A stretch of 64,000 nucleotides of DNA. Origin: Acidobacteriota bacterium. GTDB taxonomy: Bacteria; Acidobacteriota; UBA6911; RPQK01; JAJDTT01. The position numbers and the translations under genes were made by a program. Each line of letters begins with the position of its first letter. Position 1 is the first letter of the stretch. Positions 21,701 through 30,123 of the stretch are shown here, piece by piece. The stretch lies in contig OZ253580.1 in the NCBI GenBank assembly GCA_965263035.1, positions 4,960,001 through 5,024,000 on the forward strand. The letters are read 5' to 3'. The notes under the pieces are model-generated. The model did no database searches and was not told the origin of the DNA. It saw only the letters and a list, made by a program, of their open reading frames with translations.

Positions 21701-22348
21701 GACCGCATTGTTCCGCTGGGTGTTGGGAGTTCCGTCCATCGTAAACTCTGCAGTTCCCGTGGGCATTCCGTTGAACCGGACCAGACCGGATCCAGCCCGC
21801 TGATAGGGCTCCTGGTTCATACTGAAGTTGCCGTACCCTGCAGCTGAGTCGGCCGAGGGTGAAAGCAGGAAAAGATAAGTGGGGTTTCCCTGGCCGATGG
21901 GCAGCGAGGTGAGCGGCTTCTGCCCAAAGGCGACGCCCAGATCGGCATCCGCCGACTGGAGAAGCGTGGGATCAGAGGTCACCGTCACGCTGTCTTCGAC
22001 CTCCCCTACGTCGAGACTGAGGTCAACCCGCACCCGCTCGTTGCTGGCGACGGGTATGTCCTCGACCACAGCGGTTTTGAAGCCCTCGAGTGCGGCCTCA
22101 ATCCGGTACTGGCCGGGCAGCAGTCCCGGGGCCTCGTAGTAACCGCTGTCGCTGGTAATCGTATTGTGGGCAATGTTGGTGGATTGATGGATGACCCTCA
22201 CCTCGGTTCCCGGAACACTGGCGCCACTCGCGTCGACGACCAGGCCCGAGATAATGGCCCGATGCCCCTGAGCCAACAACGCCGAGCCGGCACCCATCAG
22301 GCAAAACACACAGATTGCGATCACGGTCCTGTAATTTGCGGTCCACAT
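18782..22348 (-). CDS. TonB-dependent receptor, Oar-like, with N-terminal carboxypeptidase-regulatory-like domain
   Basis: ISGLVVDASGASVPG N-domain, KTGTNDYHG, YLQDDWKVTPRLTLNLGLRWE, C-terminal PRIVQFGVKFIF; GGAGG RBS. Confidence 0.92.
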   Translation of the reverse strand: MWTANYRTVIAICVFCLMGAGSALLAQGHRAIISGLVVDASGASVPGTEVRVIHQSTNIAHNTITSDSGYYEAPGLLPGQYRIEAALEGFKTAVVEDIPVASNERVRVDLSLDVGEVEDSVTVTSDPTLLQSADADLGVAFGQKPLTSLPIGQGNPTYLFLLSPSADSAAGYGNFSMNQEPYQRAGSGLVRFNGMPTGTAEFTMDGTPNTQRNNAVDGGAVSFNATTELVKEVRIQTTTFDASVGHTGSTTVDVIMKTGTNDYHGEAFYFGRHDMFNANSWVRNRAGQNRSSFPYKRYGFTGGGPVIKDKTFFFLGWTHWEQVRFGDSQATVPRAAHKSGDFSDLLALDPEYQLYDPMTAVLNAEGRVERQPFPNNIIPSSRIHPISAPLLGFFLAPNNASGASPDGFRNYLYDKGYTPLPRTDRHTVLRIDHDLNDSHTLFGRYLNSDGPSSGWTMFDNHPGGPGCECVDVHGTRHQIWNFSVGDVWTINPTFVADFRATNNRHTSRARNNAGGLTWADLPTNMSQFVDVEFTGFPYVSITGYPKLSNLPGGHNGFTNFDPGLQVDEIRSASAHFTQISGNHSFRFGAEWRGYVYNSVRSDQARTFFTGQFSSGPFDNSPPPPRGHGLADFLLGLHSSTNRNVRADYANYSTYTGIYLQDDWKVTPRLTLNLGLRWEREGPPTEMHDQALTRWAADVENPISAAVQANYAKNPIREIPADQFRLMGGVLFAGVDGEPRTVYDSDNNNFSPRIGAAYRLNDNTVLKGGYSRTFIPLNQRHFAARFPIAGFDTSTFAFSSTDGGLTFSGSLDDLFPGGLNQPRGSSNGLMTNLGQLIWMNHGLDRSTTNPYAHQFQLGIQRRLSPNATLEVRYVGNRTRDFGIANNDHNRLPGQYLTRSIERDQAHIDYMTARVPNPFQGVEGVGGSLGVASTIQRQALLRPFPHITGLRSWADKVGSTDYNALQMEFRAQDLWGWDVQSSYTWGKTMEELQFLNGFGIDPAPERTIGINDRPHVLRFAGTFSFPFGKGQRFGPNSGLASHLISGWSATFIGFAQSGIPMKWGNIIFRGDIKKIPVGQHEATRMFNQNAGFERSSAKQPAFNLRTFPLRLSGVRDMAPTDVGLTLVKNTFIGERFQAQFRLEAYNLLNSHYFWGGYRNAVNTNPRSSGFGTQGFSSGPRIVQFGVKFIF

Positions 22349-22451
22349 CTCTGCATCCTCCCTTTGGCGGATTAATATGTCCGCCCAGATGGCAAAATCA
22401 CGCTCCTGACAGACTCAGTCAGACAACGAGACGATTTTTGCCTTGTTCTTG

Positions 22452-22612
22452 CAGTCTGTGGTGATAGTCCCGCGTAGCACCGAGACGGGGGCTGTGAGCG
22501 CCGGACAAGGCGCGGCCAGGCAGCATACTTGACCGTATGTGATCAAGGAGTTAATGGAGTGCGCCGGGATGCAGTCCCGACCGAATGCCGTGCCGACTTT
22601 TACCACGGGCTG
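22452..22612 (+). mobile_element. MITE-like repeat family A, diverged copy 4
   Basis: Same termini and internal motif order (GGACAAGGCGC, GCATAC..GTATGTGA, GAATGCCGTG) with many substitutions; TSD not recognisable. Confidence 0.8.
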
Positions 22613-22849
22613 TTGGAAAAGAAATTGCTAGGTTACTAACAGTTAATAATTATCTAATTATCGTTGAGTTTAGCAAGAATGGTGCCACGTTACTCAAGAA
22701 GCTGACTAAGTGGAGGCATTTCTTTACTTATGTCAACTGGGCAGCCCCCGCGATCAACCCTCTTGATCCAATAAATTGAATTTCCAAGAGGCAAAAAAGG
22801 AAAAAACCAAAAACTTGGATTTTTCGAGTGCTTTTGCCGCCCTCCCTGT
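22613..22849. promoter_or_regulatory. AT-rich intergenic region upstream of the TonB receptor (probable promoter region)
   Basis: Sharp AT enrichment against the GC-rich flanks; bracketed by MITEs. Confidence 0.4.
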
Positions 22850-22999
22850 CGGCCTGTGGCAAAAAGTCTGGGGGAGTCGGTCCGGTGTGTTGAATCGTGC
22901 CCTGCCGATGGGAAAGAAACCGTCCGCAGGACGGCAGCGGAAGAAGTGCGTGGCGACCGAGAAACTGCCGCGCAGCCCCGGGCTTTTTTCCACGGGCTG
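22850..22999. mobile_element. MITE with family A-like termini but unrelated interior (subfamily A')
   Basis: CGGCCTGTGGCAAAAAGTCTGGGG...CCCCGGGCTTTTTTCCACGGGCTG, an imperfect 24-bp inverted repeat. Confidence 0.7.
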
Positions 23000-23009
23000 C
23001 TATGGTAAA

Positions 23010-23171
23010 CAGCCCGTGGCAACAGTCGTCACGGCATTCGACCGTCCCTGCGTCCTGCCGCTGCTGTGCGTTGCGACTCGGTCACATACTCCCGGTATGC
23101 TCCCTCCGAAGCGTCTTGTCCGGCGGGCGCAGGAACGGTCTCGGTGCTCGCGCGACTTTCACCACGGACTG
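23010..23171 (-). mobile_element. MITE-like repeat family A, copy 5
   Basis: Reverse-complement copy; TAAA duplicated on both flanks. Confidence 0.9.
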
Positions 23172-23219
23172 TAAAGACCGCTACCTCAATCAGACAGACT
23201 TTCCCTGTGTCAACGGGCC

Positions 23220-23468
23220 TTGGAAAATTTGATGTACAATTTCCCACCGAACACCTATGGGGGGCTTTGGTTCCGGATCGGAGAGGCGTTTCTGGAGGTC
23301 TCGGGGGTTCCTCACCGGGGCTGCAAGAAATTCTCGAGCCGTTACGGCGCCGACGCCCTGAAGTTCGTCAACGGACCCGGGTCGAAGGACCTCCGGCTGC
23401 GCGGATGCTTCGTCTTCGTGGTGGAGGCCGGACCTGTCCGGGTCGGCGATCCCGTCCGGAAGCTGTAG
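23220..23468 (+). pseudogene. 5'-truncated MOSC domain gene
   Basis: Only the C-terminal half is present (RIGEAFLEVSGVPHRGCKKF..GADALKFVN..LRLRG..VVEAGPVRVGD); no N-terminal half is visible upstream, where the MITE cluster lies. Confidence 0.7.
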
Positions 23469-23480
23469 CCGAGGAAGACC

Positions 23481-24620
23481 ATGAAGATCATCGATGTCCA
23501 GACCTTTGGCGTGAACCTGGGGGACGGCAACCACGTCTTCGTCAAGATCCTGACCGACGAGCATCTGCACGGGATCGGGGAAGCCTACCGTGTCGGTCCG
23601 GACCATGCCGTGGAGCAGACGATCCACTACTTCAAGGACTGGATCCTGGGTCTGGATCCAACCCGGATCGAGTACATCTGGCGCCTCCTCTACAACGGCT
23701 CCAGGTTCCCGGGCGGCTCCATCCTGAACGCCGCCATCAGCGGCATCGAGATCGCCTGCTGGGACCTGAAGGGCAAGGCCCTGGGGGTGCCCGTTTATGA
23801 ACTGATCGGCGGCCGCTGCCGGGATCGGGTCCGGGTCTATCTGGGCATCGGCGGCAGCACTCCGCGCCAGGTGGCCAACGCGGCACGACGGGCCGTGGAC
23901 CAGGGGTTCACCGCCGTCAAGATGGCTCCGCAACCACCCAACGCCGAGAAGCTCCCCTGGGACCAGGTGCTCCGGGGGACGGCGGCCAGGCTGGAGGCGG
24001 TTCGCAAGGCCGCAGGCGACGACCTGGACGTGGGCCTGGATCCCCATGCCCGCATCTTCGAACCGGTCCGGGCCCTGCAGATGGCCGAAGCGGTCGAGCC
24101 CTATCGGCCCATGTTTTTCGAGGAGCCGCTCCGGCCCGAGAACATCGAGGCCATGGGGAAGCTGCACCGGAAGATCCCCATCCCCATCGCCACCGGAGAG
24201 ATGCTCTACACCAAATACGAGTTCCGGGACGTGATCGCGGCCGATGCCGCCGACATTCTGCAACCGGACCTGCTGCTGTGCGGCGGGCTCATGGAGGCCA
24301 AGAAGATCGCCGCCATGGCCGAGGCCGAGTACCTGACCATCGCACCGCACAGCCCGCTGGGTCCCGTTTCTACGGCCGTGTCGACCCACTTCGCCGCCTC
24401 GACGCCCAACTTCATCGTCCTGGAGTACCGGGACGACAGCCGGGGTCCCATGCGAAACCTGGTATTGGAGCCCATGAAACGGGTGGGCGGCTACCTGGAA
24501 TTGCCCCAGGATCCAGGCCTGGGAATCGAACTCAACGAGAAGGCCTTTGCCGGCAATCCGCTCAAGAAATGGCATCGGCCGTTCGTCATCGAGCCCGACG
24601 GCAACATCGCCTACCAATGA
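23481..24620 (+). CDS. Mandelate racemase/muconate lactonizing family dehydratase (galactonate dehydratase-like)
   Basis: AISGIEIACWDLKGKALGVPVYELIGG, DPHAR, FFEEP, IATGE, ILQPD, PGLGIELNE. Confidence 0.9.
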   Translation: MKIIDVQTFGVNLGDGNHVFVKILTDEHLHGIGEAYRVGPDHAVEQTIHYFKDWILGLDPTRIEYIWRLLYNGSRFPGGSILNAAISGIEIACWDLKGKALGVPVYELIGGRCRDRVRVYLGIGGSTPRQVANAARRAVDQGFTAVKMAPQPPNAEKLPWDQVLRGTAARLEAVRKAAGDDLDVGLDPHARIFEPVRALQMAEAVEPYRPMFFEEPLRPENIEAMGKLHRKIPIPIATGEMLYTKYEFRDVIAADAADILQPDLLLCGGLMEAKKIAAMAEAEYLTIAPHSPLGPVSTAVSTHFAASTPNFIVLEYRDDSRGPMRNLVLEPMKRVGGYLELPQDPGLGIELNEKAFAGNPLKKWHRPFVIEPDGNIAYQ

Positions 24621-24705
24621 GCGAGAGTCCGGCTCCCAATCCCCAATCTATTCACACCTGCCTCCGGTTCAGGCCGGAGGGCATTCACCAAAAGCGAGGT
24701 CCATC

Positions 24706-25755
24706 GTGAGCCGAATCTACCTGATCTGCATCCTGGTCTGTGGCATGTTCACCCTTCTTCCGGCCGAGCCGCTGGAACGGTACGTGGCGGTGGACAACGT
24801 ATGCGCCTGGCCCAACCTGACGCTGCTCAAGGACGGCACCCTGACGGCCACCATCTTCAACCAGCCCCATCACGGCAAGGGGGCGGGAGACGTGGAGTCG
24901 TGGGTCAGCACCGACGGGGGCCGCATGTGGGAACTGGGAGGTGTCGCGGCCTCACGCGCCCCCGGCTCGAACCGTATGAACGTGGCCGCCGGCGCGGCCC
25001 ACGACGGTTCGGTGGTGGTGCTGGCCTCGGGCTGGGGGGGCGCCGGCTTCCGGGAGCGGATTCTGCCTTCACTGGTGTGCCGTTCCAGCGACGGTGGGCG
25101 GACCTGGGAGCAGAGTTCCGGCGTCACGCTGCCCGACGGGGTCCAAAACCTCATCCCCTTTGGAGACATCGTCCAGGCGCCAGGGAACATCCTGGTCGCT
25201 CCCGGCTACTCCTGGAGACTGCCTCATGTCCCGCCCGCCGGTTCTACCGCCTACGTGATCTTCAGCCGCGACGACGGGCGGACCTGGACGGAGAACGCCG
25301 TCATCGCCGAGGATGACTACAACGAAACGGCCCTGATCCGTCTCAGGAGCGGCCGCTGGCTGGCGGCGATCCGGACTCATCGAGACGGTCACCTGGAACT
25401 CTTCGGCTCGGAAGACGAGGCCAGGAGCTGGGCGCCTGGAGGAACGCTGACGCCGTCGCGTCACCACCCGGCTCATCTGGTGCAGCTCCACGACGGACGC
25501 GTGATCCTGACCTACGGGATCCGGGAGGCAGGCCACAAGGGAGTCGGCTACCGTGTCAGCTCCGATGACGGCAGGACCTGGGGGGCCCCCGAGCATCTGA
25601 TCCATCTGGAGGGAACCGGAGACGGCGGTTATCCCGCTACGGTCCAGTTGGCGGATGAAATGTTGGTGACGGCGTACTACAGCGACGGAATTCATGACCA
25701 CCGCCGCTACCATATGGGGGTGGTCCGGTGGCTGCCGCCCAAGAAACGACGCTGA
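24706..25755 (+). CDS. BNR/Asp-box sialidase-family protein
   Basis: Asp boxes STDGGRMW, SSDGGRTW, SRDDGRTW, SSDDGRTW; DGGYP; signal peptide after GTG 24706. Confidence 0.85.
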   Translation: MSRIYLICILVCGMFTLLPAEPLERYVAVDNVCAWPNLTLLKDGTLTATIFNQPHHGKGAGDVESWVSTDGGRMWELGGVAASRAPGSNRMNVAAGAAHDGSVVVLASGWGGAGFRERILPSLVCRSSDGGRTWEQSSGVTLPDGVQNLIPFGDIVQAPGNILVAPGYSWRLPHVPPAGSTAYVIFSRDDGRTWTENAVIAEDDYNETALIRLRSGRWLAAIRTHRDGHLELFGSEDEARSWAPGGTLTPSRHHPAHLVQLHDGRVILTYGIREAGHKGVGYRVSSDDGRTWGAPEHLIHLEGTGDGGYPATVQLADEMLVTAYYSDGIHDHRRYHMGVVRWLPPKKRR

Positions 25756-25794
25756 CGGTCCCGGAGTCGAGTCCGTTCGAGCCGCTAGGAATCC

Positions 25795-26841
25795 GTGAAG
25801 GCCATCCCAAGTTGTAAGTTGAAGAGCGGTGAAACGCTCTCGGTCGAGTATTTCGAGCCGGGACCCCAGGTTCCCGCCTCCCTGGCGGAGGAAATCACCC
25901 GATTCGTGATCCAGGTGGAGACCCTGGACTCGTGGGCCTCGGTGGCCGAGTCCCTCTACCTGAAGCGGTGCCTCCAGGGCCGGTTCGCCGAAACCGGCTT
26001 GGATCCCCTCTTCCTGGGGCGCCTCGACGGGAGGATCGTCGGGGATGTCGGCTGCCAAGTCTCCCGGGACTGTCCCGAGGTGGGGAGCCTCGGCTGGGTC
26101 TTCACCGATCCGGCGCAGCGGGGGAAGGGAATCAGCTCGCATCTGACCCGGCTGGCAGTGGAGTGGTTCCAGGATCGGGGCGGAGTCTGCATGCTGCTGG
26201 GGACGGGGAATCCCATCGCCCATCACGTCTACGAGAAATACGGGTTTGGGGATTACAATGGACACGTGATGCGGCGTCTGAGTCCCGGCGCCGAGGCGAA
26301 GGATTTCGAAGAGAGGCTGTTTGCCTGCACCGGACCCGCCGCCGTTCGGCCGGCCGTCTGGGGAGACGCCTCGCGGGTCGCGGCCCTGTACGCCGCCCCC
26401 CATCCCTGGCTCGTCCAGGACCACCAGGAAGGCCTCATCACTCATCCCTCCCTGAAGAAGGTCCGGTATTTCTCCATCTTCCCCGCGCTCATGCTCCGGG
26501 CGGAGCGCCCGGGCGGTTCCGTGCAGGTGCTGGAGACGAGCCGGAAGCGAATCGTGGGGCTGGCCGCTCTGTTTCCCGAACCCGGGCCGTTCCAGGCGCA
26601 CGTGGGCCGTCTCGACTTCCTGATCCGGCCCGAGTTTCTGGATCAGGGGCGTGACCTGCTGGCGGCGGTATTGAACCAGGGCAGCGCAGGAGGCGTCCGG
26701 TTGGTAGAAGCCCGCTTCGCCTCCTGCGATGTAGAGAAGGTGAAGTTGGCCCGTGAAGCCGGATTCCGGCGGGTCGCCCGGTTCCCGGACCGGTTCCGGA
26801 TCGGCGCCGAGAGTGTCGATCTGGAGCTTTACGTCTCGTAA
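25795..26841 (+). CDS. Tandem GNAT acetyltransferase
   Basis: VFTDPAQRGKGIS acetyl-CoA motif, AHHVYEKYGF; second degenerate GNAT domain (LIRPEFLDQG, AGFRRVAR). Confidence 0.8.
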   Translation: MKAIPSCKLKSGETLSVEYFEPGPQVPASLAEEITRFVIQVETLDSWASVAESLYLKRCLQGRFAETGLDPLFLGRLDGRIVGDVGCQVSRDCPEVGSLGWVFTDPAQRGKGISSHLTRLAVEWFQDRGGVCMLLGTGNPIAHHVYEKYGFGDYNGHVMRRLSPGAEAKDFEERLFACTGPAAVRPAVWGDASRVAALYAAPHPWLVQDHQEGLITHPSLKKVRYFSIFPALMLRAERPGGSVQVLETSRKRIVGLAALFPEPGPFQAHVGRLDFLIRPEFLDQGRDLLAAVLNQGSAGGVRLVEARFASCDVEKVKLAREAGFRRVARFPDRFRIGAESVDLELYVS

Positions 26842-26884
26842 CGAACTTGAAGCTGGGGCGCGGTTGCCCAAGAGGAGATTTTCC

Positions 26885-29728
26885 ATGATCTGCAGGTCGC
26901 GGCGCATCGTCTGGATTCTGGCGTTCTGGCTGCTGGCGGGAGGCCTGGGTTCCGCACCCGTACTGGCCCTGGAATCACATCAAACACCGTCCTCCGACGC
27001 GCTGCCCCTGGACCCGGCCGTCACCAAGGGGCGTCTGGACAACGGCCTGAGCTATTTCCTCCGGGTCCACCGGCAGCCGGAGAAGCGGATGGCCCTCTGG
27101 CTGGCGGTCAACGCCGGGTCCATGCAGGAAGACGACGATCAGCAGGGTTTGGCCCACTTCCTGGAGCACATGGCCTTCAACGGCACGCGCCGGTTCCAGA
27201 AACAGGAGATCGTGGACTACCTGGAGACCATCGGGATGCGTTTTGGCCCCGACGTCAACGCCTACACCTCGTTCGACGAGACGGTCTACATGCTGGAGGT
27301 CCCCACGGACAACCCTGAATACATGGAGAAGGCCTTTCTGATTCTCCATGAATGGGCCCAGGGGATCGTCCTGGACCCGGAGGAGGTGGAGAAGGAGCGA
27401 GGTGTGGTCCTGGAGGAGAGGCGCGCCAGCCTGGGGGCCCAGTCGCGGATCCGCGACCAGCAGTTTCCCGTTATCTTCAAGGGGTCCCGGTATGCAACTC
27501 GGCTCCCGATCGGGACCGAGGAGATCCTGAAGGCGGCCCAGCCCGAGACCCTGAAGCGCTTCTACCGAGACTGGTACCGGCCCGGCCTGATGGCGGTCAT
27601 CGCGGTGGGTGACTTCGACGGAAAAGAGGTGGAAAAAGCGATCCGGGAGCGTTTCAGCGATCTGAAGGGGCCGGAGAATCCTCGTCCCCGGGTCGTGCAT
27701 CCGGTTCCGCCCCATGAGGAGACCCTGGTCAGCATCGTCACCGACCCGGAGGTTCCCGGCACCTCCGTCTCTCTTCTCAAGAAGCTTCCTGCGCTGCCCC
27801 AGAACAGCCGGGCCGCCTACCGGCAGATGGTGATCGAACGCCTGTTCCACGCCATGCTCAATGCCCGCTTGGAGGAAAAACGGCGCACCGCCGCCGCCCC
27901 GTTCCGCTTTTCCATGTCTCAGACCGTTCGTTCCATGGTCCGGTCCGCCGACATCCTGGTCCAGGCGGCCATGGCCAAGCAGGACCGGATCGCCGAGAGC
28001 ATGGAGACCCTCCTGACCGAGGTGGAGCGGGCCACCGTCCATGGTTTCCAGCCCTCGGAGCTGGACCGGGTCAAGAAGGAGATGCTGCGCGGCTACGAGA
28101 CCAGCGCCCGGGAGAAGGACAAGGTCCGGTCGCGGCGCTACACCTCGGAGATTCTGCGCCACTTCCTGGTGGGCGAGGGAATGCCCGGGATCGACTATGA
28201 GCTGAAGTTGCTGAAGGAGCTCCTTCCCGGAATCGACGCCGATGCCCTGAATGCAGTGGCTCGTGAGTGGGGCCGGCCGGGAAACCGGGTCGTCACCGTC
28301 ACCGCCCTGGAGGGGACGCAGGTTCCGAAACAGGAGGCGCTGCTGGCCCTGATGGACCGCGGCGACCGGAAGGTCGAGGCCTATCAGGACCAAGCCAAGG
28401 CCGGGCCTCTGGTGCCCGAACCGCCCGCGGACGGCCGCATCGCCGAGGAATCCCGGATCCCGGAGCTGGGGATCACCGTCTGGAAGCTCTCCAACGGGGT
28501 TCAGGTGATCCTGAAGCCCACCGACTTCAAGAACGACGAGGTACTTCTCTCCGGCTTCAGCCCGGGAGGCCATTCCCTGGCCTCCGACCAGGACTACCCG
28601 TCGGCCCTTTATGCCGACTCGGTGGTCGGGACGGGCGGAGCGGGAGGCTTCAGCGCGGTGGAGCTGGGAAAAGCCCTGGCCGGCAAGGTGGTCCAGGTCT
28701 CCACCTCCATCTTCGAGCTGGAGGAAACGGTGCGGGGGCGGGCATCGCCCCAGGACCTGGAGACCATGCTCCAACTGGTCTACCTCCGGCTGACCGCTCC
28801 CCGTCTGGACCCGGATGCGATCGCCGCGTGGAAGGCCAACGCCCTGGAATCGGTGCGCAACCGCCTGGTCATGCCCCAGGCCGTTTTCGGCGACCGGCTC
28901 CAGGAAGTGTTGAGCCGGAATCATCTCCGGCGCCGGCCCCCCACCGAAGAGAGCCTGGGCCGGATGGACCCGGAGAAGGCGCTGGAGATCTACCGGGAGC
29001 GGTTTCAGGACGCCAGCGACTTCACCTTCGTACTGGTGGGGAACCTGGATCTGAAAGCTCTCCGGGGACCGCTGCTCACTTATCTGGGCGGGCTGCCCTC
29101 CAGCCGGCGTGACGAGAAATGGCGGGACGTGGGCGTCCAATCCCCGAAGGAAGTGGTCCGTTTCGAAGTGAAGAAGGGGCTCGAGCCCCAGAGCCGGGTC
29201 CACCTCCAGTTCCTGGGTGAAGCCGGCTGGAGCCGCCAGAGCCGGCACGACCTCACGTCCCTGGCGCGGGTCTTGAGCATCCGCCTGCGAGAGGTGCTCC
29301 GAGAGGATATGGGAGGCACCTACGGCGTCCGGGTGCGGAGCCGACTCCGCCGCCGGCCCACCGAGTCGTACTCCTTCACCATCTCCTTCGGCTGCGCCCC
29401 GGAGAACGTGGATCAGCTGGTGAAGGCTGCCCTCGACGAGATCGAGAAGCTCCGCGAGCACGGCGTGGACGACGAGATCCTGGTCAAGGTCCGCGAAGGC
29501 CAGCTCCGATCCCGGGAAGTGTCCCTCAGACGCAACGGCTTCTGGTTGAACCGGTTGGCCGGTCACTACCGTTACGGTACCGATCCGCGCCTGGTCCTGG
29601 AATACCAGCCATTGGTCGAGAGCGTGACTTCCGACCGCATGCGGGACACGCTGAGTCGATATCTGAACCCCGAGCGCTACGTGATGGGCGTGTTGAATCC
29701 GGAAAAGACCGCTCCGGCTGCGGATTAG
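26885..29728 (+). CDS. M16 family zinc protease (PqqL-like insulinase)
   Basis: GLAHFLEHMAFNG (HxxEH), NAYTSFDETVY, second half LSNGVQVILKPTDFKNDEV. Confidence 0.93.
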   Translation: MICRSRRIVWILAFWLLAGGLGSAPVLALESHQTPSSDALPLDPAVTKGRLDNGLSYFLRVHRQPEKRMALWLAVNAGSMQEDDDQQGLAHFLEHMAFNGTRRFQKQEIVDYLETIGMRFGPDVNAYTSFDETVYMLEVPTDNPEYMEKAFLILHEWAQGIVLDPEEVEKERGVVLEERRASLGAQSRIRDQQFPVIFKGSRYATRLPIGTEEILKAAQPETLKRFYRDWYRPGLMAVIAVGDFDGKEVEKAIRERFSDLKGPENPRPRVVHPVPPHEETLVSIVTDPEVPGTSVSLLKKLPALPQNSRAAYRQMVIERLFHAMLNARLEEKRRTAAAPFRFSMSQTVRSMVRSADILVQAAMAKQDRIAESMETLLTEVERATVHGFQPSELDRVKKEMLRGYETSAREKDKVRSRRYTSEILRHFLVGEGMPGIDYELKLLKELLPGIDADALNAVAREWGRPGNRVVTVTALEGTQVPKQEALLALMDRGDRKVEAYQDQAKAGPLVPEPPADGRIAEESRIPELGITVWKLSNGVQVILKPTDFKNDEVLLSGFSPGGHSLASDQDYPSALYADSVVGTGGAGGFSAVELGKALAGKVVQVSTSIFELEETVRGRASPQDLETMLQLVYLRLTAPRLDPDAIAAWKANALESVRNRLVMPQAVFGDRLQEVLSRNHLRRRPPTEESLGRMDPEKALEIYRERFQDASDFTFVLVGNLDLKALRGPLLTYLGGLPSSRRDEKWRDVGVQSPKEVVRFEVKKGLEPQSRVHLQFLGEAGWSRQSRHDLTSLARVLSIRLREVLREDMGGTYGVRVRSRLRRRPTESYSFTISFGCAPENVDQLVKAALDEIEKLREHGVDDEILVKVREGQLRSREVSLRRNGFWLNRLAGHYRYGTDPRLVLEYQPLVESVTSDRMRDTLSRYLNPERYVMGVLNPEKTAPAAD

Positions 29729-29813
29729 CAAGGAAAGAGAATGTTCTTCGAATAGCGGAGAGGAGACCGGGATGGGGTCGTGTATGGAATGCGCAATTCA
29801 ATCCGTCTCGCCA

Positions 29814-29974
29814 GGAGTCTGCGCGGTAGAAATGATCGTAGCGAGAAAGTGGGGAATCGAGGCCAGATTTTCTCGATTTTGAGGTGCATAGTTGTTCTAT
29901 TCGCCGAGAAATCGGGGAAATATGGACCGATTCTACCGCTTTCGCAGTAGATCAATTTCTGCGGCGCAGGCTCC
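29814..29974 (+). mobile_element. MITE-like repeat family B, copy 1 (161 bp)
   Basis: Inverted repeats GGAGTCTGCGCGGTAGAAAT / ATTTCTGCGGCGCAGGCTCC (17/20 match); CTAG-like junctions; near-identical copies at 40375 and 44250. Confidence 0.88.
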
Positions 29975-30123
29975 TAGGCAGTTCCTACCATGAAATAAGC
30001 GGTCTCCCGCTGGTGGAATAACTCCTCATCTTCACGCTTTTCTTTTTCCTCATTTCCTCTTTCCTGGTCCAGCCTTTCTTGACCCCCGCACAACCCTCAT
30101 CCTATGATGGCGGAACGCGCGAA

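Noticed and set aside
26975-29731. 918-aa minus-strand ORF (likewise 25069-26907, 32487-33887, 34373-36643, 47377-49209)
   Set aside because: Shadow or alternate-frame ORFs over well-supported genes; expected in high-GC DNA and lacking motifs.
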